A DNA stretch of 64,000 nt from contig OX597816.1 in the NCBI GenBank assembly GCA_951406725.2, forward strand, positions 64,790,001-64,854,000. The letters run 5' to 3'. This stretch comes from Octopus vulgaris. Taxonomy: Eukaryota. Both the position numbers and the translations under genes were made by a program. This document shows, piece by piece, positions 13,620 to 29,212 of the stretch. The notes beneath the pieces were generated by a model that saw nothing but the letters and a program-made list of their open reading frames with translations, made no database searches and was not told the DNA's origin. The number at the start of each line of letters is the position of its first letter. Positions within the stretch are counted from its first letter, which is position 1.

Positions 13620-13830
13620 ATAATTGTCACTAGATGGAACTTGGGTGTTAGAAACACCCACATAGCAAGAAATAAGAAATGAAATGCTATAATGCTGTAG
13701 TCAAGACTCATAATTGTATACGTATATTGTATTCAATTACGTGCTTTGACTGCAACATTAAAGAAGTTTAGCTCTTTCTTCTAGCAATGTAGGTGTTTAT
13801 AACACCCTAGTCACATTTAGTGACAATTAT
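13620..13830. mobile_element. Imperfect ~210-bp fold-back (MITE-like)
   Basis: ataattgtcactagatggaacttgggtgttagaaacaccc is complementary to ggtgtttataacaccctagtcacatttagtgacaattat; symmetry continues to a centre near 13723. Confidence 0.75.
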
Positions 13831-13861
13831 GTTTTTCTTTTAGGTAAAACATTGCAAACTG

Positions 13862-13915
<54 letters not shown>

Positions 13916-14466
13916 TGTATGTATGCGTACATATCTTGTACATTATTGGCAATTTCTGTTTGTCGATCTGTCTGTTACCACCTTGCTACCTACACCAGTG
14001 AACCTGTGTTGAGAAAACTTTACATACATGTTCAACTAACATCCATTTGAATCACAAGCTGATCGTATTTCAATAAAAATCAATAATGAACCCCTTGGAA
14101 GGTTGGGTGACTATTTGATAAAATGAGAAGGATGCAAACAATGTTAGAGTGAGTGTGATTGATATCAAGGGAGGGGAGAACATCGTTCTGTAAGCAAAAA
14201 ATATGGAGTGGCAGTGGGGTGCTAACGCTAATAGAGCTGTCATTCTCAGATATACACGCAACGCTGCATACATACTTTCGTAAAGACATAGATGCCTGCA
14301 TACACACACACACACACACACTACACACACACAAGCACATACACATAACTAACTTAAAAAACGCCGAGGAAGAGAGAGAATATTGGGTGTGATGATTACA
14401 TAGCTTTAAGGGGAGAAGGGCTAGGTGGCCTTTCTGCTGTCCATCGCAAAAGAAACACACACACAC

Positions 14467-14524
<58 letters not shown>

Positions 14525-14527
<3 letters not shown>

Positions 14528-14698
14528 TCGTTAGACACTACAGACATTTTTTCTCTCCTTGTATTTTCTGTGTCCTATTCTGTAGAAGAGCGTAGGCTCG
14601 AAATGTAAAAGGCTTTTTCTATTCCTGAGCATTATACTAATACATCTGTTTCTTTTGTACACCACCTGTCTTCGTCTTTTGTTTTTTTCGTAAACTCT

Positions 14699-14701
<3 letters not shown>
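14525..14701 (+). mobile_element. ~175-bp microsatellite-embedded repeat with a hammerhead-like motif (PLE-pLTR-like), copy 1
   Basis: Homologous to 34796-34972 and 36003-36192; carries CTGTAGA-A-GAGC-GTAG-GCTC-GAA-ATGT-A-AAAG. Confidence 0.7.
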
Positions 14702-14756
<55 letters not shown>

Positions 14757-15037
14757 CACAATTTTAAACTCGTGATTAACTATGTGAGCAGTTGTAATTG
14801 TGTGTATGTGTTTGTGTATGTGCTTGTGTCAAGTCTCATAACGGTCGAACAGACATGTGAATAATTTAAAAAGGAAAAACGTCCATAATGAAGTTTTTTG
14901 CAAAATATTGCACAGATCTGAACTGATGAAGAAGCCTATGTGTTGGACAGAGCATGATCTGACAGAATAAAGAAAAAATTATATGACATTCTATTTTAAA
15001 AATTGCCTAGCAACAACGGGCTGCCCAGCGAGCATAA

Positions 15038-15096
<59 letters not shown>

Positions 15097-15257
15097 CAAC
15101 TTACTTGGAAGGGCGATGCGTGACGTTCAATCGTCTGTCTGTGTGTGTATACAGAGAGAAAGAGAAAGAAAGAGAGTGAGAGAGATAGAAAGAGAGATAG
15201 TGACGTAGAGAAACACGCATATACACATGTAAATAATATATATATATATACTCTTAT

Positions 15258-15632
15258 ATTTGCTTCAGTTATTTGACTGCGGCTGTGCTGGAGCACCGCC
15301 TTTAGTTGAGCACATCGACCCCAGGACTTATTTTTTGTAAGCCTAGTACTTATTCTATCGGTCGCTTTTGCCGAACCGCTAAGTTACGGGGACATGAACA
15401 CACCAGCATCTATTGTCAAGCGATGTTGGGAGGACAAACAGACACATATATATATATATATATACATATACACGACAGGCTTCTTTCAGTTTCCGTCTAC
15501 CAAATCCACTCACAAGGCTTTGGTCGGCCCGAGGCTATAGTAGAAGACACTTGCCCAAAGTGCCACGCAGTGGTACTAAACCCGAATCATGTGGCTGGTA
15601 AGCAAGCTAATTACCACACAGCCACTCCTGCG

Positions 15633-15635
<3 letters not shown>
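15258..15635 (-). mobile_element. SINE family A, full length
   Basis: Reverse complement of family A, from the tail to the head accacacagccactcctgcgcct. Confidence 0.9.
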
Positions 15636-15666
<31 letters not shown>

Positions 15667-16109
15667 GTAGAACAATTAGATAATTCCGAACCCCAGAAAC
15701 TGCTATCAAGGTTGAAATAGCATGCCGTCTCCCCCTAGTTTTCTAGATTTTTTTTGTACTCGATGTGAATTTGTTCTGTGAATATATGTGTCTAAATCCT
15801 TATAAACGAGTATTTCATGTGAATATTTTCAACTTTTGGTTCTCTCCACATGTATCCCTATATATATATTTCCATGTTTGTTTTATGTATCACGCTCAAG
15901 CGTGTTTGTCTTCATCGCTATCATCTCACCTGGATTTCTCTTATATTCCCCCTTTATCCTGCAAACTTGGTCCTCGATAAAGACTTCAAGTTGAAATCAT
16001 TTGTGCACTAATACATGTTTTCCTGAGTATCCTTGGAACTCACCGGTTGACAAGATGTGTGTATGTGTGTGTGTGGAGATAGATATATACATATACATTT
16101 ATACATGCA

Positions 16110-16144
16110 TAAATAGATAGATAGATAAATAGATAGATACATCA

Positions 16145-16205
<61 letters not shown>

Positions 16206-16326
16206 CAGACAGATAGACAGATAGATTGATCGATAGACAGAGAGATAGATTGATCAACAGACAGACAAACAGACAGACAAACAGACAGACAGACATACAG
16301 ACAGACAGATAGATAGATAGATAGAT
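16110..16326. repeat. (GATA)n/(GACA)n microsatellite
   Basis: Direct reading. Confidence 0.95.
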
Positions 16327-17210
16327 AAGTTTCTTTATTGGCCACACAAGGCTGCACACAGATGGGACAAGTTACAAGGTAGAGCTTTTCTTTTGGGGGA
16401 TGAAAAAAAACAAAAAACAAAAGAAACAAAAAAAAGGTGGCGTAGGATTTCGATGAAAAGGGATCGTAAAAGGGAAAAAAGAAGAAAAAAACGAAAAAAG
16501 GAAAAGAAAAAAAGGAAAAAAGGAAAAGAAACAAAAGAAAAGAAAAAGGAAAAAAGAAGAAAAAAGAGGAAAAAGGGGGAGAGGAGAAAAAAACGATCAA
16601 TAGGGATCGTGTATCACAGTATTATGATGTATGGTGTAAAGGGGAAAGCAAGTAAGGTTTATCCGTGGGAAGAAAAGCCTACGAAAAAGACCACGGTAAC
16701 CTTGGTCAATATTGTTATGTGTTACCACATTTGTTTGCAAGTGGGTAACCCTCTGTTTTCAATTTCTGGGTTCATAGGATTATGCTCAAGGTGGCATCGT
16801 CATTCATACGTGCCATCCTTGCTACATTCACCCATCTTTTTTTAAAACATTCGCTAGACAAAACTTGCCTCTTTACTCTCACTTTCTTTTTCAAGTGGTA
16901 CTTGAAGAAGTTGATGAGAGATTGACCAGAGACAAAAGTGTTTGTCTCCAATCCTTTCAGACGCGTCCACCAGATACATTCTTTCGCCATAGCCGCAAGG
17001 ATGATGAAAATAGCTCTTCCTTCCCGTTTGAAGGAAGGAGGCGTGACAATATTGACGATAGACTCAGCTGATAAACCGACTCGTCCCACACGTGACAGCA
17101 GTTGTTCGACATAAGCCCACAGGTCGGAAATTGTTGGACACTGCACGAGTGCGTGCAGAACGGTTTCGTCGCTCTGGCCGCATCTCGGGCAGGTCGGCCC
17201 CGTGTTTCTC
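16327..17210 (-). mobile_element. Tx1/L1-group LINE, 5'-truncated 3' end (zf-RVT CCHC), inside (GATA)n
   Basis: Open frame [20 protein letters not shown]...[11 protein letters not shown]...KRW ending at 16772; T-rich 3' UTR; AATAAAGAAACTT followed by (ATCT)n; GATA tracts on both sides. Confidence 0.9.
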
Positions 17211-17258
17211 GATAGATAGATAGATGGATAGATGGATGGATAGATAGATAGATAGATT

Positions 17259-17325
<67 letters not shown>

Positions 17326-17354
17326 GGATGGATGGATGGATGGATGGATGGATG

Positions 17355-17449
<95 letters not shown>
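17211..17449. repeat. (GATA)n/(GATG)n microsatellite
   Basis: Direct reading. Confidence 0.95.
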
Positions 17450-17659
17450 GAGTGTCATGGGGTGACTGGGTTGGGATGTAATTCTGACAGTGGAATATAT
17501 GCTGCTCTTCAGAGTAATTCCTACGCTTTTGTCCTCATCTGAATCTTCAGTAACGTCCTGAACAAGACCTCCTCTATGAACGCCATCATTACTCACGCGC
17601 CACAAGTTAACATCAACACTTCTATGGCAGAGACTACAACAGAAGTAGAGATATAGAAG

Positions 17660-18865
17660 TAGAGATACAGAAAGATTGTCTCAAATGGCAAGATACCAGG
17701 CTTTGGCTCCATCACATTAAAATATGTCTGGCAGGGTGTCCAGAAGATTACCAGTCTCTTCTAGACCATGCAGCGACAGTAAGGTTTCCTAAGGAGCTCA
17801 AAGATGCTCTAATTGCCATGTCTGCAAGAGAAGAGGAAACAGACTGTCATGTGACAACTACCAAGATATTTTTCTCTTTCTCGTAGCTGGCAAGATACTC
17901 GCATGTGCCGTTCCTATCCGCTTCACTAAGGAAATGAAAAACGGGTTTCTGCCAGAAAGTCAATGGTGTTTCAGAGAGGGTACAGGGACAGTCGACATGA
18001 TCTTTGCCGCATGCCAGCCTCAAAACTGCCAGGAACAGCAAACCGGCCTATACACGGCTCTTGTAGTTCTAAACAAGGCTATTGACGTTGTCGTGAGTAA
18101 AACTTTAGGAGGTCGTGTGAAAGTTCGACTGCACGGGCAAATAGATCAGCCTGATGCCACAGTTTCAACAGCATGCTTGCTCGAGTCCTGGACAGTGGAG
18201 ATTCTTCCGACAGAATTTGCAGTTACTAACAGAGTCACGTAGGGCTCAGTCGCACCCCTACGCTTCCTAGCGTTGTGTTCTCAGCCATGCTGTAGGTTGC
18301 CTTCTGCAACGAGGAAATCAACGACAGCGAAACCATTTACTGTACACCTGTGAGTCTTGGGCAGCTAGTAGAGCTAAACCAGTTACGCTTGAACATTATG
18401 AGAAAGCCGGAAGCACAAGGCCTCAGACACGGACGACGTCTCTCGATCTGATCTGTCAAGCATTTACACTTGACTGAGGACAGCGTAAGTCCGGTGAACA
18501 GGCCACCTTGTTTGAATGACTGACACACAACTTACCAAGAGGCTATGTTACAACGAAATGGCGGAAGGCAAGTGCTCGCGAAGGGGAGAGAAAACGCGTT
18601 TAAATTATACACTCAAAGACTCACTAAAGATCATTGAGATCAAGATCGCCCTGCTTGGTGAAGCTGTACCAGCTGAGGTGCCACCTCTTACGAACAAAAC
18701 AGGATTGTAGTGGCGCAAATGAAAAGTGAACTGTGCAAGTCCAGGGCCATCTCCTTGCCTTCAGTTGCAGTAAGCCACTCAGAGGAGTGCTCAGCCACAG
18801 TCGGACACACCGCACCTCACCTTCTCCCATGTGGTGCTTTTGGCATCGTCAGCGGCAGACGAACT
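17660..18865 (+). mobile_element. RTE-clade LINE remnant, heavily decayed
   Basis: LPESQWCFREGTGTVDMIFAACQPQNCQEQ (cf. RTE LPESQCGFRKGRGTVDMIFAARQLQEKCQEQ) and the C-terminal MTDTQLTKRLCYNEMAEGKCSRRGEKTRLNYTLKDSLK. Confidence 0.85.
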
Positions 18866-18884
18866 CGTATACAAATAGATATCG

Positions 18885-18942
<58 letters not shown>

Positions 18943-19242
18943 CATTTATGTAAGTATACACGCAAACATATTTCTCGCTTATGGTAGAAGTGTGTTAACA
19001 CACATATCAGTTTAGAGGAGCCTTCTTTCGGACTCCTAGCCACATTTCTACTTTCTTAGCCTTCCTCAGTAGTAGTCACCCTGAACTGATTATAAGGTCG
19101 TATCCTTATAATGGAAGTGTCAATACAATTGAACGACTCGGGATTGCAGTCTGCAATGTAAAACAAATACAGTGCAAGTACCGCTTAACAATGATATGTA
19201 ATAAAAATAATCTATGTCTCTCTCTCTATATATATACATATA

Positions 19243-19560
19243 TTTCATATAAATACAGTGTACATTTAAACACATACAAGGTGATCATCATAGGACACCT
19301 AGCACGCTAGAAGGAGTAGCCAAAATCCAAACCACTATTAGGGATGAATTTTGAAGTAATATAATGAAATATAAAAAACATTTATCAACTATCCCCTGCA
19401 CCATGGTCCAGGAGATAGATGGTAAAGGCTGTTATATTTCATTTCCTTCGAAATTTATCCCTAATATTGGTTTGGATTTTGGCTCCTCCTTGTAGCGTGC
19501 TAGTTGTTCTATGATGGTCACCTCTTATGTTCTTAAATGTACACTGTATTTATATGAATA
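19243..19560. mobile_element. Imperfect ~315-bp fold-back element
   Basis: ttcatataaatacagtgtacatttaa...gccaaaatccaaacca is complementary to tggtttggattttggc...ttaaatgtacactgtatttatatgaa; centre ccatgg near 19403; one-arm homolog at 35036-35190. Confidence 0.8.
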
Positions 19561-19669
19561 ATATATAGTCTATTGACTACTTTTCTACATGCTAGGCCAC
19601 TGGTAGTATACATTTCTAAAACTTTTTCTTATCCTGATATTTATTAATGATATACGGGGTGTCTATACC

Positions 19670-21386
19670 ACCCCGTTGGAACACAGACAAGTGAACGAAC
19701 CAGTGGACTTCTTTGCCGCCTCACCTATAACCAGCGAGGCGGTTGCAATATAATGTATTGACATTAGCGAAGAAGGTGTCCTACTAGCCATAGATGAAGT
19801 GGACACAAACTCAACTGCTGGTCCAGATGGTTTCCCAGCAATCCTCCTCAAAGCGTGTAAGCATGCCCTGGCAAAACCCCTCAAGATTCTCTTCCAGAGC
19901 TTTCTTACAAATGGCAAACTGCCAAGCAAGCTGAAGGAGGGAATAATATGCCCAATACATAAAGGGGGAAGCAGAGCAGATGCCCAAAACTATAGGCCTA
20001 TCTCTCTGACTTCACACATCAGCAAAGGAATGGAACGGATAGTCAGAAAGAAGCTAATCGCATTCCTTGAGGAAAATAACTTGCTGAGTGATACCCCGCA
20101 TGGTTTTCGACCAGTTAGGAGCTGCCTGACCCAGCTCTTACAACATTATTACTGGGTGTTGAGGCAGTTACTCAACAAATCAAATGTGGACGTAATCTAC
20201 CTTGATTTTGCAAAAGCTTTTGACTAGGTGGATCATGGTATGATATGCCACAAACTGCGTGACCTCGGCATAGCTGAAAAACTTGACTTCCTGAAAGATA
20301 GGAGTCAAGCAGTAGTGGTTAATAGAACCACCTCTATGAACACACAAATAGTGAGCGGTGTTCCACAGGGCACTGTCTTGGAACCACTACTTTTTATAGT
20401 GGTCTTCTCAGATATACCCTCAAACGCCCGGATAGCCACTCTGGCAAGCTATGCGGACGATACGAAAGTCTCGCAGAAAATACAGAACCCCAGCGATGTT
20501 GCACACATGCAGCAGGAGTTGAACTCAATCTATAGATGGGCTGAGGATAATAATATGCAGTTTAATGCTCAGAAATTCCAGGCCCTGCGCTACTAGCATC
20601 CAAAACTGAATATTAAACTTACAGGATACACCGGTCCACAGGGAATTTCAATCCCAAAGCCTAAGTCTGTGAGGGACCTGGGTATCGACATGAGTGATGA
20701 TACCTCTTTCCAAGTGCACATTACCAGGATGGTGACAAAGTGCAGACGACTGGCTGGATGGATCCTAAGAACATTCAGAACCAGAGATAATGAAACTATG
20801 ATAGTCCTCTGGCGGATTACTGCTCAAAGCTATGGTCACCCACCAGTGTGAAATTAACTGCGGACCTTGAAGCAATCCAGAGAAGATTCACAAAGAAGAT
20901 CGTCTCTTTGCAACAGCTTAGCTACTGGGAAAGGCTGAAACAGATCAGACTCTACTCCCAGGTATGCAGTAATATATATCTGGAAGATCCTGGAAGGAAT
21001 TGTGCCAAATTTTGGCATTGTAAGCTACACCAATGCTAGAACGGAACGACACTGCATAGTGCCAAAGATCCCAGCAATGCAATCACGCTTCAGGACCAGC
21101 TACTGCAACAGCCTAGATTTCAAGGGCCCACAGCTTTTTAATATTCTCCCAAAGAGTCTGAGGAACTTGCACAAAGTAGATGTAGCGGTTTTTAAATCAA
21201 AGCTGGACATCTTCCTGTCGAGAGTCCCAGATGAACCTATCTCACGGCAAGAGGTGCAAATGAGAGTAGCTATATCAAACTCCATTCTTCACCAAGTGCC
21301 ACATATTAGAGGAGGTTCTTCGTAATAACAGTGTAGAACAAAACGGCGGTGCATCAGCTCTGAGCTGAAACAAAAAAAAAAAAAAA
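19670..21386 (+). mobile_element. CR1-group LINE, RT and 3' end (pseudogenised)
   Basis: AGPDGFP, PIHKGG, NYRPISLTS, HGFRPVRSC, IYLDFAKAFD, SGVPQGTVL, YADDTK; stops and frameshifts; tail ggcggtgc..cagctctgagctgaaac followed by poly(A). Confidence 0.92.
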
Positions 21387-22200
21387 TGTCATACATAGTG
21401 AGTACTTCTTGAAATTTTAGCTAATTATTTTGAGCATATTTCAGATTTCAACTAACAGCATCCTTAAGAGTTTCGAGTCAGAACAAATGATAGGGATACT
21501 TGCAAAAGATGTTACATTATTGGAGTTCAAATCTCAACCATGTTACCATTGATTTTTGTCTAACTAGGGTTAATCAAAGAAACTAATCGACTCTACTTTT
21601 CTCTTGGTACACATTTCTGTAGATTATGCCTTTACTGATGATAGAAAATGCATTTTGTCTTTGTGAGATATCAATATATATTATTGTATTCATATAACAG
21701 CAACGGCGCAATAATGCCAACCTGACGACGGAATCAATTTACTTACTGCTTTTATTAGAACTGATGGCGTATTTTCATTAATAAAGAATATTTTAGACTG
21801 TATCGTAGAGTGTGGAAGCTAGCCATTTCTGTAAGTAATCAACGCAATCAAGAATGACAGACAAATCATTAGCAAAATTCCTTCATATCATCCATCAATA
21901 GATATTCCGTGCGCCTGCGTTACTCTAAGTCTTAATTTACTCGTGATTGAATTTAAATCGAGCGAAATAACACTTTATTGTAGCTGTCCATTTCAAACTA
22001 TGCAAATGTGAACTCGAATACATAAAGTTCATCAATTTAAATTCATTATTTGCGTGTGCCTGTGTGTGTGTGTGTGTTTGTGTGTATACAACAGCAACAA
22101 TAACATAACTAATACACATATCACCCACACACGTGTATATGTGTGTATATGTGTGTGTGTGTTTCTCTGTGGGTGTGCATGTGTGTGAGGTATCTGGGTT

Positions 22201-22706
<506 letters not shown>

Positions 22707-22873
22707 GAATGCGTGTATGTATGTAGCTATTCTTCGTGTATTTTCTTTTGCCCAACGCCAGGAACTTTTTAGCACCCACTCGGTGATGGTGTTAATTTCG
22801 TATTTCTGGAAATTAGTAAAATAAATTTAGGGAAATGTTCTCAAAGACTTTTTTTCGCATGACAGGAGTGGTG

Positions 22874-23454
<581 letters not shown>

Positions 23455-23457
<3 letters not shown>

Positions 23458-24970
23458 TTGATTTGATTTGATTTTTCCAGTTTCAGCTAATGAGCTGTGG
23501 CCATGCTGGGGCACCGCCATTTGGTTTGCTACACGATTTTACCTCACGGATGCTTTTTAGCAAACGTCATCTGATGCATGAGAGAGTTCGATGCAGCTGC
23601 CCTCATCTGCACCTCCTGCCGTGAAGTTGGTTCATCCGGGACACCTGACAGGAAGAGGCTCAGTCCTACTTTAAAGACTTTTGCATCTACACCATGCAGG
23701 TCCCTCAGGTTCTTTGGGAGGATATTGAAGAGCTGTGGGCCTCTGAAGCCCAGGCTATCACAATATCTTGTCCTACATCTTGATGGCAAATTTGGAGTCC
23801 TTGGTACTACGCAGTGGCGCCCGGTTCTGGCATTTGTGTGACTCTCGATGCCAAAGTTTGGGACAAGTCCTTCCAGGATCTTCCAGATATATATTATGGC
23901 ATATCTTTCTCGCCTACGCTCCAGGGAATAGAGCTTTAATCTCTTGAGTCTTTCCCAGTAGCTCATATGCTGCACAGAGGCTATCTTCTTCGTGTAGCTT
24001 CGTTGGATCGTCTCAAGTTCTGTGATCAACTTGACACTGGATGGTGACCATAGCTGAGAGCAATAGTCAAAGTGGCTTAGGACAAGTGTCTTCCAGAGGA
24101 CCATCATGGTTTCTTGTTCTCTTGTTCTAAAGGTTCTAAGAATTCATCCAGCCAGCCGTCTACATTTCATTGCCAGTTTAGCAGCATGTACATGAAAGGT
24201 CGCGTCATCACTCATGTGAATACCCAGGTCACGCACTGATTGTGCCTCTGGGATTGCAATCCCTCCGGGTCCAGTGTATTCATTGGGTATTGCATTCAGT
24301 TTTGCATGCTGATAGTATAAAGCTTGAAACTTTTCAGCATTGAACTGCATGCTATTATTTTCAGCCCACTTGTATATTTCGTCCAGCTCACATTGCAGGT
24401 GCCTAGTGTCTTCAGGGTTCTGTATTGTCTGTGAGACTTTTATATCATCTGCATAAATTGTGATCGTGGCTCTCTGCGTGGCTGAGGGCATGTCTGAGAG
24501 GGCCATTATGAACAGTAGTGGTCCCAAAACAGTACCCTGCTGAACACCGCTCACTATTTGCGTGTTAATGGAAGTGGCCCCATTGGCTGTTACCACCTGA
24601 CTTCTATTCTTCAGAAAGTCATGAAGCCATTCTCCCAATTTTCCAATTATGCCAAGATCACGCAGTTTGTGACATATCATTCCATGATCGACTTTATCAA
24701 AGGCCTTTGCAAAGTCGAGATATATCACTTCCACATTTGAGTGGTTGAGCAGTTGTTTCAGCACCCAGTCATAGTGTTGTAGGAGCTGAGTTAAGCAGCT
24801 TCTTCCTGGTCGGAAACCATGTTGGGTGTCAGGCAGCAAGTCATTTTCTTCAAGGAAGGTGATTAGTTTCCTTCTGACTATTCGTTCCATGACCTTGCTG
24901 ATGTGTGAGGTTAGGGAGATAGGTCTGTAGTTCTTGGCTTCCGCTCTGCTACCTCCATTATGAATAGGGC
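23455..24970 (-). mobile_element. CR1-group LINE, 5'-truncated RT and 3' end; same family as 19670-21386
   Basis: NYRPISLTS, QHGFRPGRSC, YLDFAKAFDKVDH, QGTVLGPLLF, IYADD, DYCSQLWSP, YSLERRRERY; (CAAAT)n tail; one frame break near 24144. Confidence 0.95.
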
Positions 24971-25183
<213 letters not shown>

Positions 25184-27261
25184 GATAGCCCTGGTCTATG
25201 ATCGCGGTAACTAGCTGAAGCTGCTATGCATTTTAAAAATCAAAACAGTACACCGAAATTTAATAATGGTTTTTGTTCATTATTAAACTAAAATATCTTA
25301 GAAAATATAACATCAGATATATCCTCAGGATAGTTATTTTCAAAAATAATTGCTTCAGTCAGTTATACCGGAGAGAAATAAAGCTTATCTTCTTTTTTCT
25401 TCTTGAAAATTATAAATACACTTTAGAAATTACAAATTTATTAAACTTTAATAAGATGCCTTGAGCTCCATTTAGCTCAGTATGGATGCAATTGAACAGC
25501 CTTCAAAAGTAAAATATAATTGCTTAGAAAGTGATGAAGAATATTAGTTTATAGTTCAGACTGATTTCCTACTATCTGCCTACGTAATTCTTATTTAGTA
25601 TGGACGTCCAATTTTAATGTGTGTATTTGATAAGAGTATTTTTAAACATGCGAAGAAATCTTCCATTAATCCGCACGGTTAATGTTGGCAAATTAACATT
25701 TTGAAAGAGATTTAATTCATAGATCTATAATCTTTATTCAATCTAAATGTTAATGATTTCGTGTTGCTTTCAAATCTAGTAATCTCTTCACGAACAGAGT
25801 GCAAAATTGTGGAAGGAAGTCCACAAAGAATTACACAAAACATTGATAGATACATTGTTAGACTTAGGGGAACGTGCTTGTTAAACATAATTTTGTTCTC
25901 AAGCAGAGAAAAGAGAAAATGATGATTCAATAGATGTCCTTCCACAGGGTTAAAGGTTTCCTTCAGGAATAATCGTTTGTGATTAGATGAAAGGAAAAGA
26001 AAATTGTGTGATGTCAGTAATGTCGGTTATATTAGCTAAATTACTCTTCTCTTTTCATACTATTTAATTTAAATCCAGCACACTCAGATGTTATGCCGTG
26101 CAAAGTAACCAACCAGTCTTTATACAAATCAGTAATTTGCTAATGTTTAATAGAAATTCAAATTAGAAACAGAAAATCAATAGAGGGTTATATTTTCTCA
26201 ATATATGTTACTTTTTTAATATAAATTTCCCATTTAATTGCACTAAACTTATTGAGTTGGTTGTGAAACACAGTTCGCTTTATTACTTCAACATTTAGGC
26301 GCATCTTGAGGTCAATCGAACTTATAGAAATAACAGCTAAATTCCTCGCAGACCATATTTTACTGTCTTCAAAAGGAGAAAAATATAGATAAATATATTG
26401 TTTCTTTTGTCTTTTCCAGACAAAATATTGTGAGTAACAAAAAATAAAACAAGTTGATGGTTTGTACTTGTATTTCAATATTTTGGTATTAGGATCACTT
26501 TTTCGAGGGAGCCTCGAGCTGAAAGACATAACTAATAATGTAGTCTGTGATAATATTGATATAACTAATAAACTCATGTAAAAGGACATCATCATGTCTT
26601 TATCCTAGGTTGACTAAGATGAACGTGCAACTAACCACAACCAAAACAATAGCGAGAGATTTCCTATATATAACAATATTTTCAAACATTCACAATACAA
26701 AAACATTAGTATTTTAGCTAGAATAAAATTTAAACTACAAAATATTGCTGATGCATTTCTATAAGTAAAACGTATGCAAACTCACTCTTCCCTGCTATGA
26801 ATATTTAAAATGTTTCCTCAGAGAAATCTATTGTAAAGTTTATGTTTTGTAACAGTTACATAAAATGTCATTTTCCATTTATTTTATAAAAAATATTCTA
26901 TAGATATATGCTTACATACACACGTAAATACATACGTACATACATGCATGTTAGTACAGATGAACTTATATAGTGTTTGCTTAACCTATTCACATATCTA
27001 CACTCCCCAAGTGGCACCAATAACATCATTAATATTCTAAATGATACATATAATTAATATTAAATCACATGCATATAACGAGACACAAACTGTGAAAAAT
27101 TACAAATAATGATATAATACATACATATGCATACATATATAAGAAAGATAGAATGTTTGAATAAGCCACGACTGAGAAACTTTCAAAGTCACTACCAATA
27201 AAATAATACTTGCTTACATACTGTCAGACACCATATAAAACGTACATGCACACAAAAATCT

Positions 27262-27715
<454 letters not shown>

Positions 27716-28196
27716 CAACCTATAATTACCGACATTACGTATTCAACCAAAATGTCCGTTTTGCTTCTAATTGTATTGTTACTTCCCTCTTAAAAATCTT
27801 TCCATCGTTATACAAGCATAACGAAAGGTTTTAATGTGATATTACTATTGGGCGATAAACGAATCGTTTTATACTCACTCTTTATTTTGTATCAGTGTAG
27901 TCACGTAGAAAGTGAATAATTTGGCAAGATTCAATGAATTTATTTGTTTACTTGTCTGTTGAAAATCTGGGGAAAAAATATTATACAGTTAATGTATGAA
28001 TTATTATCTCATTTATCTATGAATACCAATTTGAATATTAAAAAAACAAAATAGAAATTCTATACAAACAAACGAGTAAGGATGAAAAAAATTTTTTTTT
28101 ATGTAAAAGCAGAAAGAATAACAACGCTAGCAAATTGTGTCTGTGTCTATATATATACATATGTGTCATACATACATAAAAACATACATACATACA

Positions 28197-28275
<79 letters not shown>

Positions 28276-28325
28276 TATATATGAATAAAAAAATGGAGTT
28301 AACGCAGGTGTAATCAAATATTTTT

Positions 28326-28411
28326 ACTTTCGACACATGTTTCGAAAATTCCACTGATACTATTCAAAAGAATAAATGGTATAAACAATGCAATCTTCTC
28401 CTCAGGAAAGT
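28326..28411 (-). ncRNA. Minimal type-I hammerhead ribozyme motif
   Basis: ACTTTC-CTGAGGA-GAAGATT...AATTTTC-GAAA-C-ATGT-G-TC-GAAAGT: perfect 6-bp stem I, canonical core, GUC cleavage triplet. Confidence 0.8.
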
Positions 28412-28620
28412 GAAAAAAATGAAACTCGTCAATAAGACATTTTAGCAAAAAATTATGGATTTGTATAGCGATAGACAGAACGCTATTAATATTATTTAAA
28501 AAAACGTTAAATATTAATATTAATACATTTACTAATACTAATACTAACATTAATTTAGCTAATACCATCCAACCCTCTAGAAATATTAATAACAAAGTTA
28601 TTGTATCTGAAGTCAATTCC

Positions 28621-29011
28621 AATAGAATTAAGTTTATGTCAAGTAACTCTAAGATTAAAAATTCTATATACCAGTGTATAATCAGTACTCGTAATAAAGT
28701 ACGATTTTACATTGGAGTTATCTAAAAGAATTTCTATCCATTACTCAACATTTAGGGATAGGAATAAACGGAATAGTACTGGTCTCAGCAAACTGATTTG
28801 GGATTTAAAAGACCACAATGAACAATTTCATTTAGAATGGTTGATTCTCTCAATTTCGATACCATATGACAAAGGCAAGAAATTCTGTCTTCTCTGCAAT
28901 TCTGAGCTATTTTTCATTATTTATTCTAAAAATACTCTAGTAAACACGGTTATAGATCGAGCATTCAGATGTAAGCATTGGCAAAAACATACATTTAGTG
29001 CATATAAGTAG
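28621..29011 (+). pseudogene. GIY-YIG endonuclease fragment of a PLE
   Basis: NSIYQCIISTRNKVRFYIG, then a frameshift to ELSKRISIHYSTF...STGLSKLIWDLK...EWLIL...YDKGKKFCLLCNSE...RCKH. Confidence 0.85.
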
Positions 29012-29212
29012 TCTCTATCATTATATATAATTTAAACTTTAATTTCCTTTATATTTAACATTCACTATTAATATCCCTACTCTTTCTGTTAGCTACTTAT
29101 GACGTTATATCATATAACGTTTTTTTAAACAATATTAATAGCGTTCTGTCTATCGCTATACAAATCCATAATTTTTTGCTAAAATGTCTTATTGACGAGT
29201 TTCGTTTTTTTC

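Noticed and set aside
15003-15035. Possible degenerate Helitron 3' hairpin (also near 25185-25215)
   Set aside because: Hairpin imperfect and CTAG geometry not intact
15965-16010. CTCGATAAAGACTTCAAGTTGAAA, possible decayed hammerhead
   Set aside because: Multiple core mismatches and no closing stem I
16393-16845. Lys/Arg-rich 150-aa ORF
   Set aside because: Antisense reading of the T-rich 3' UTR of the Tx1-like LINE
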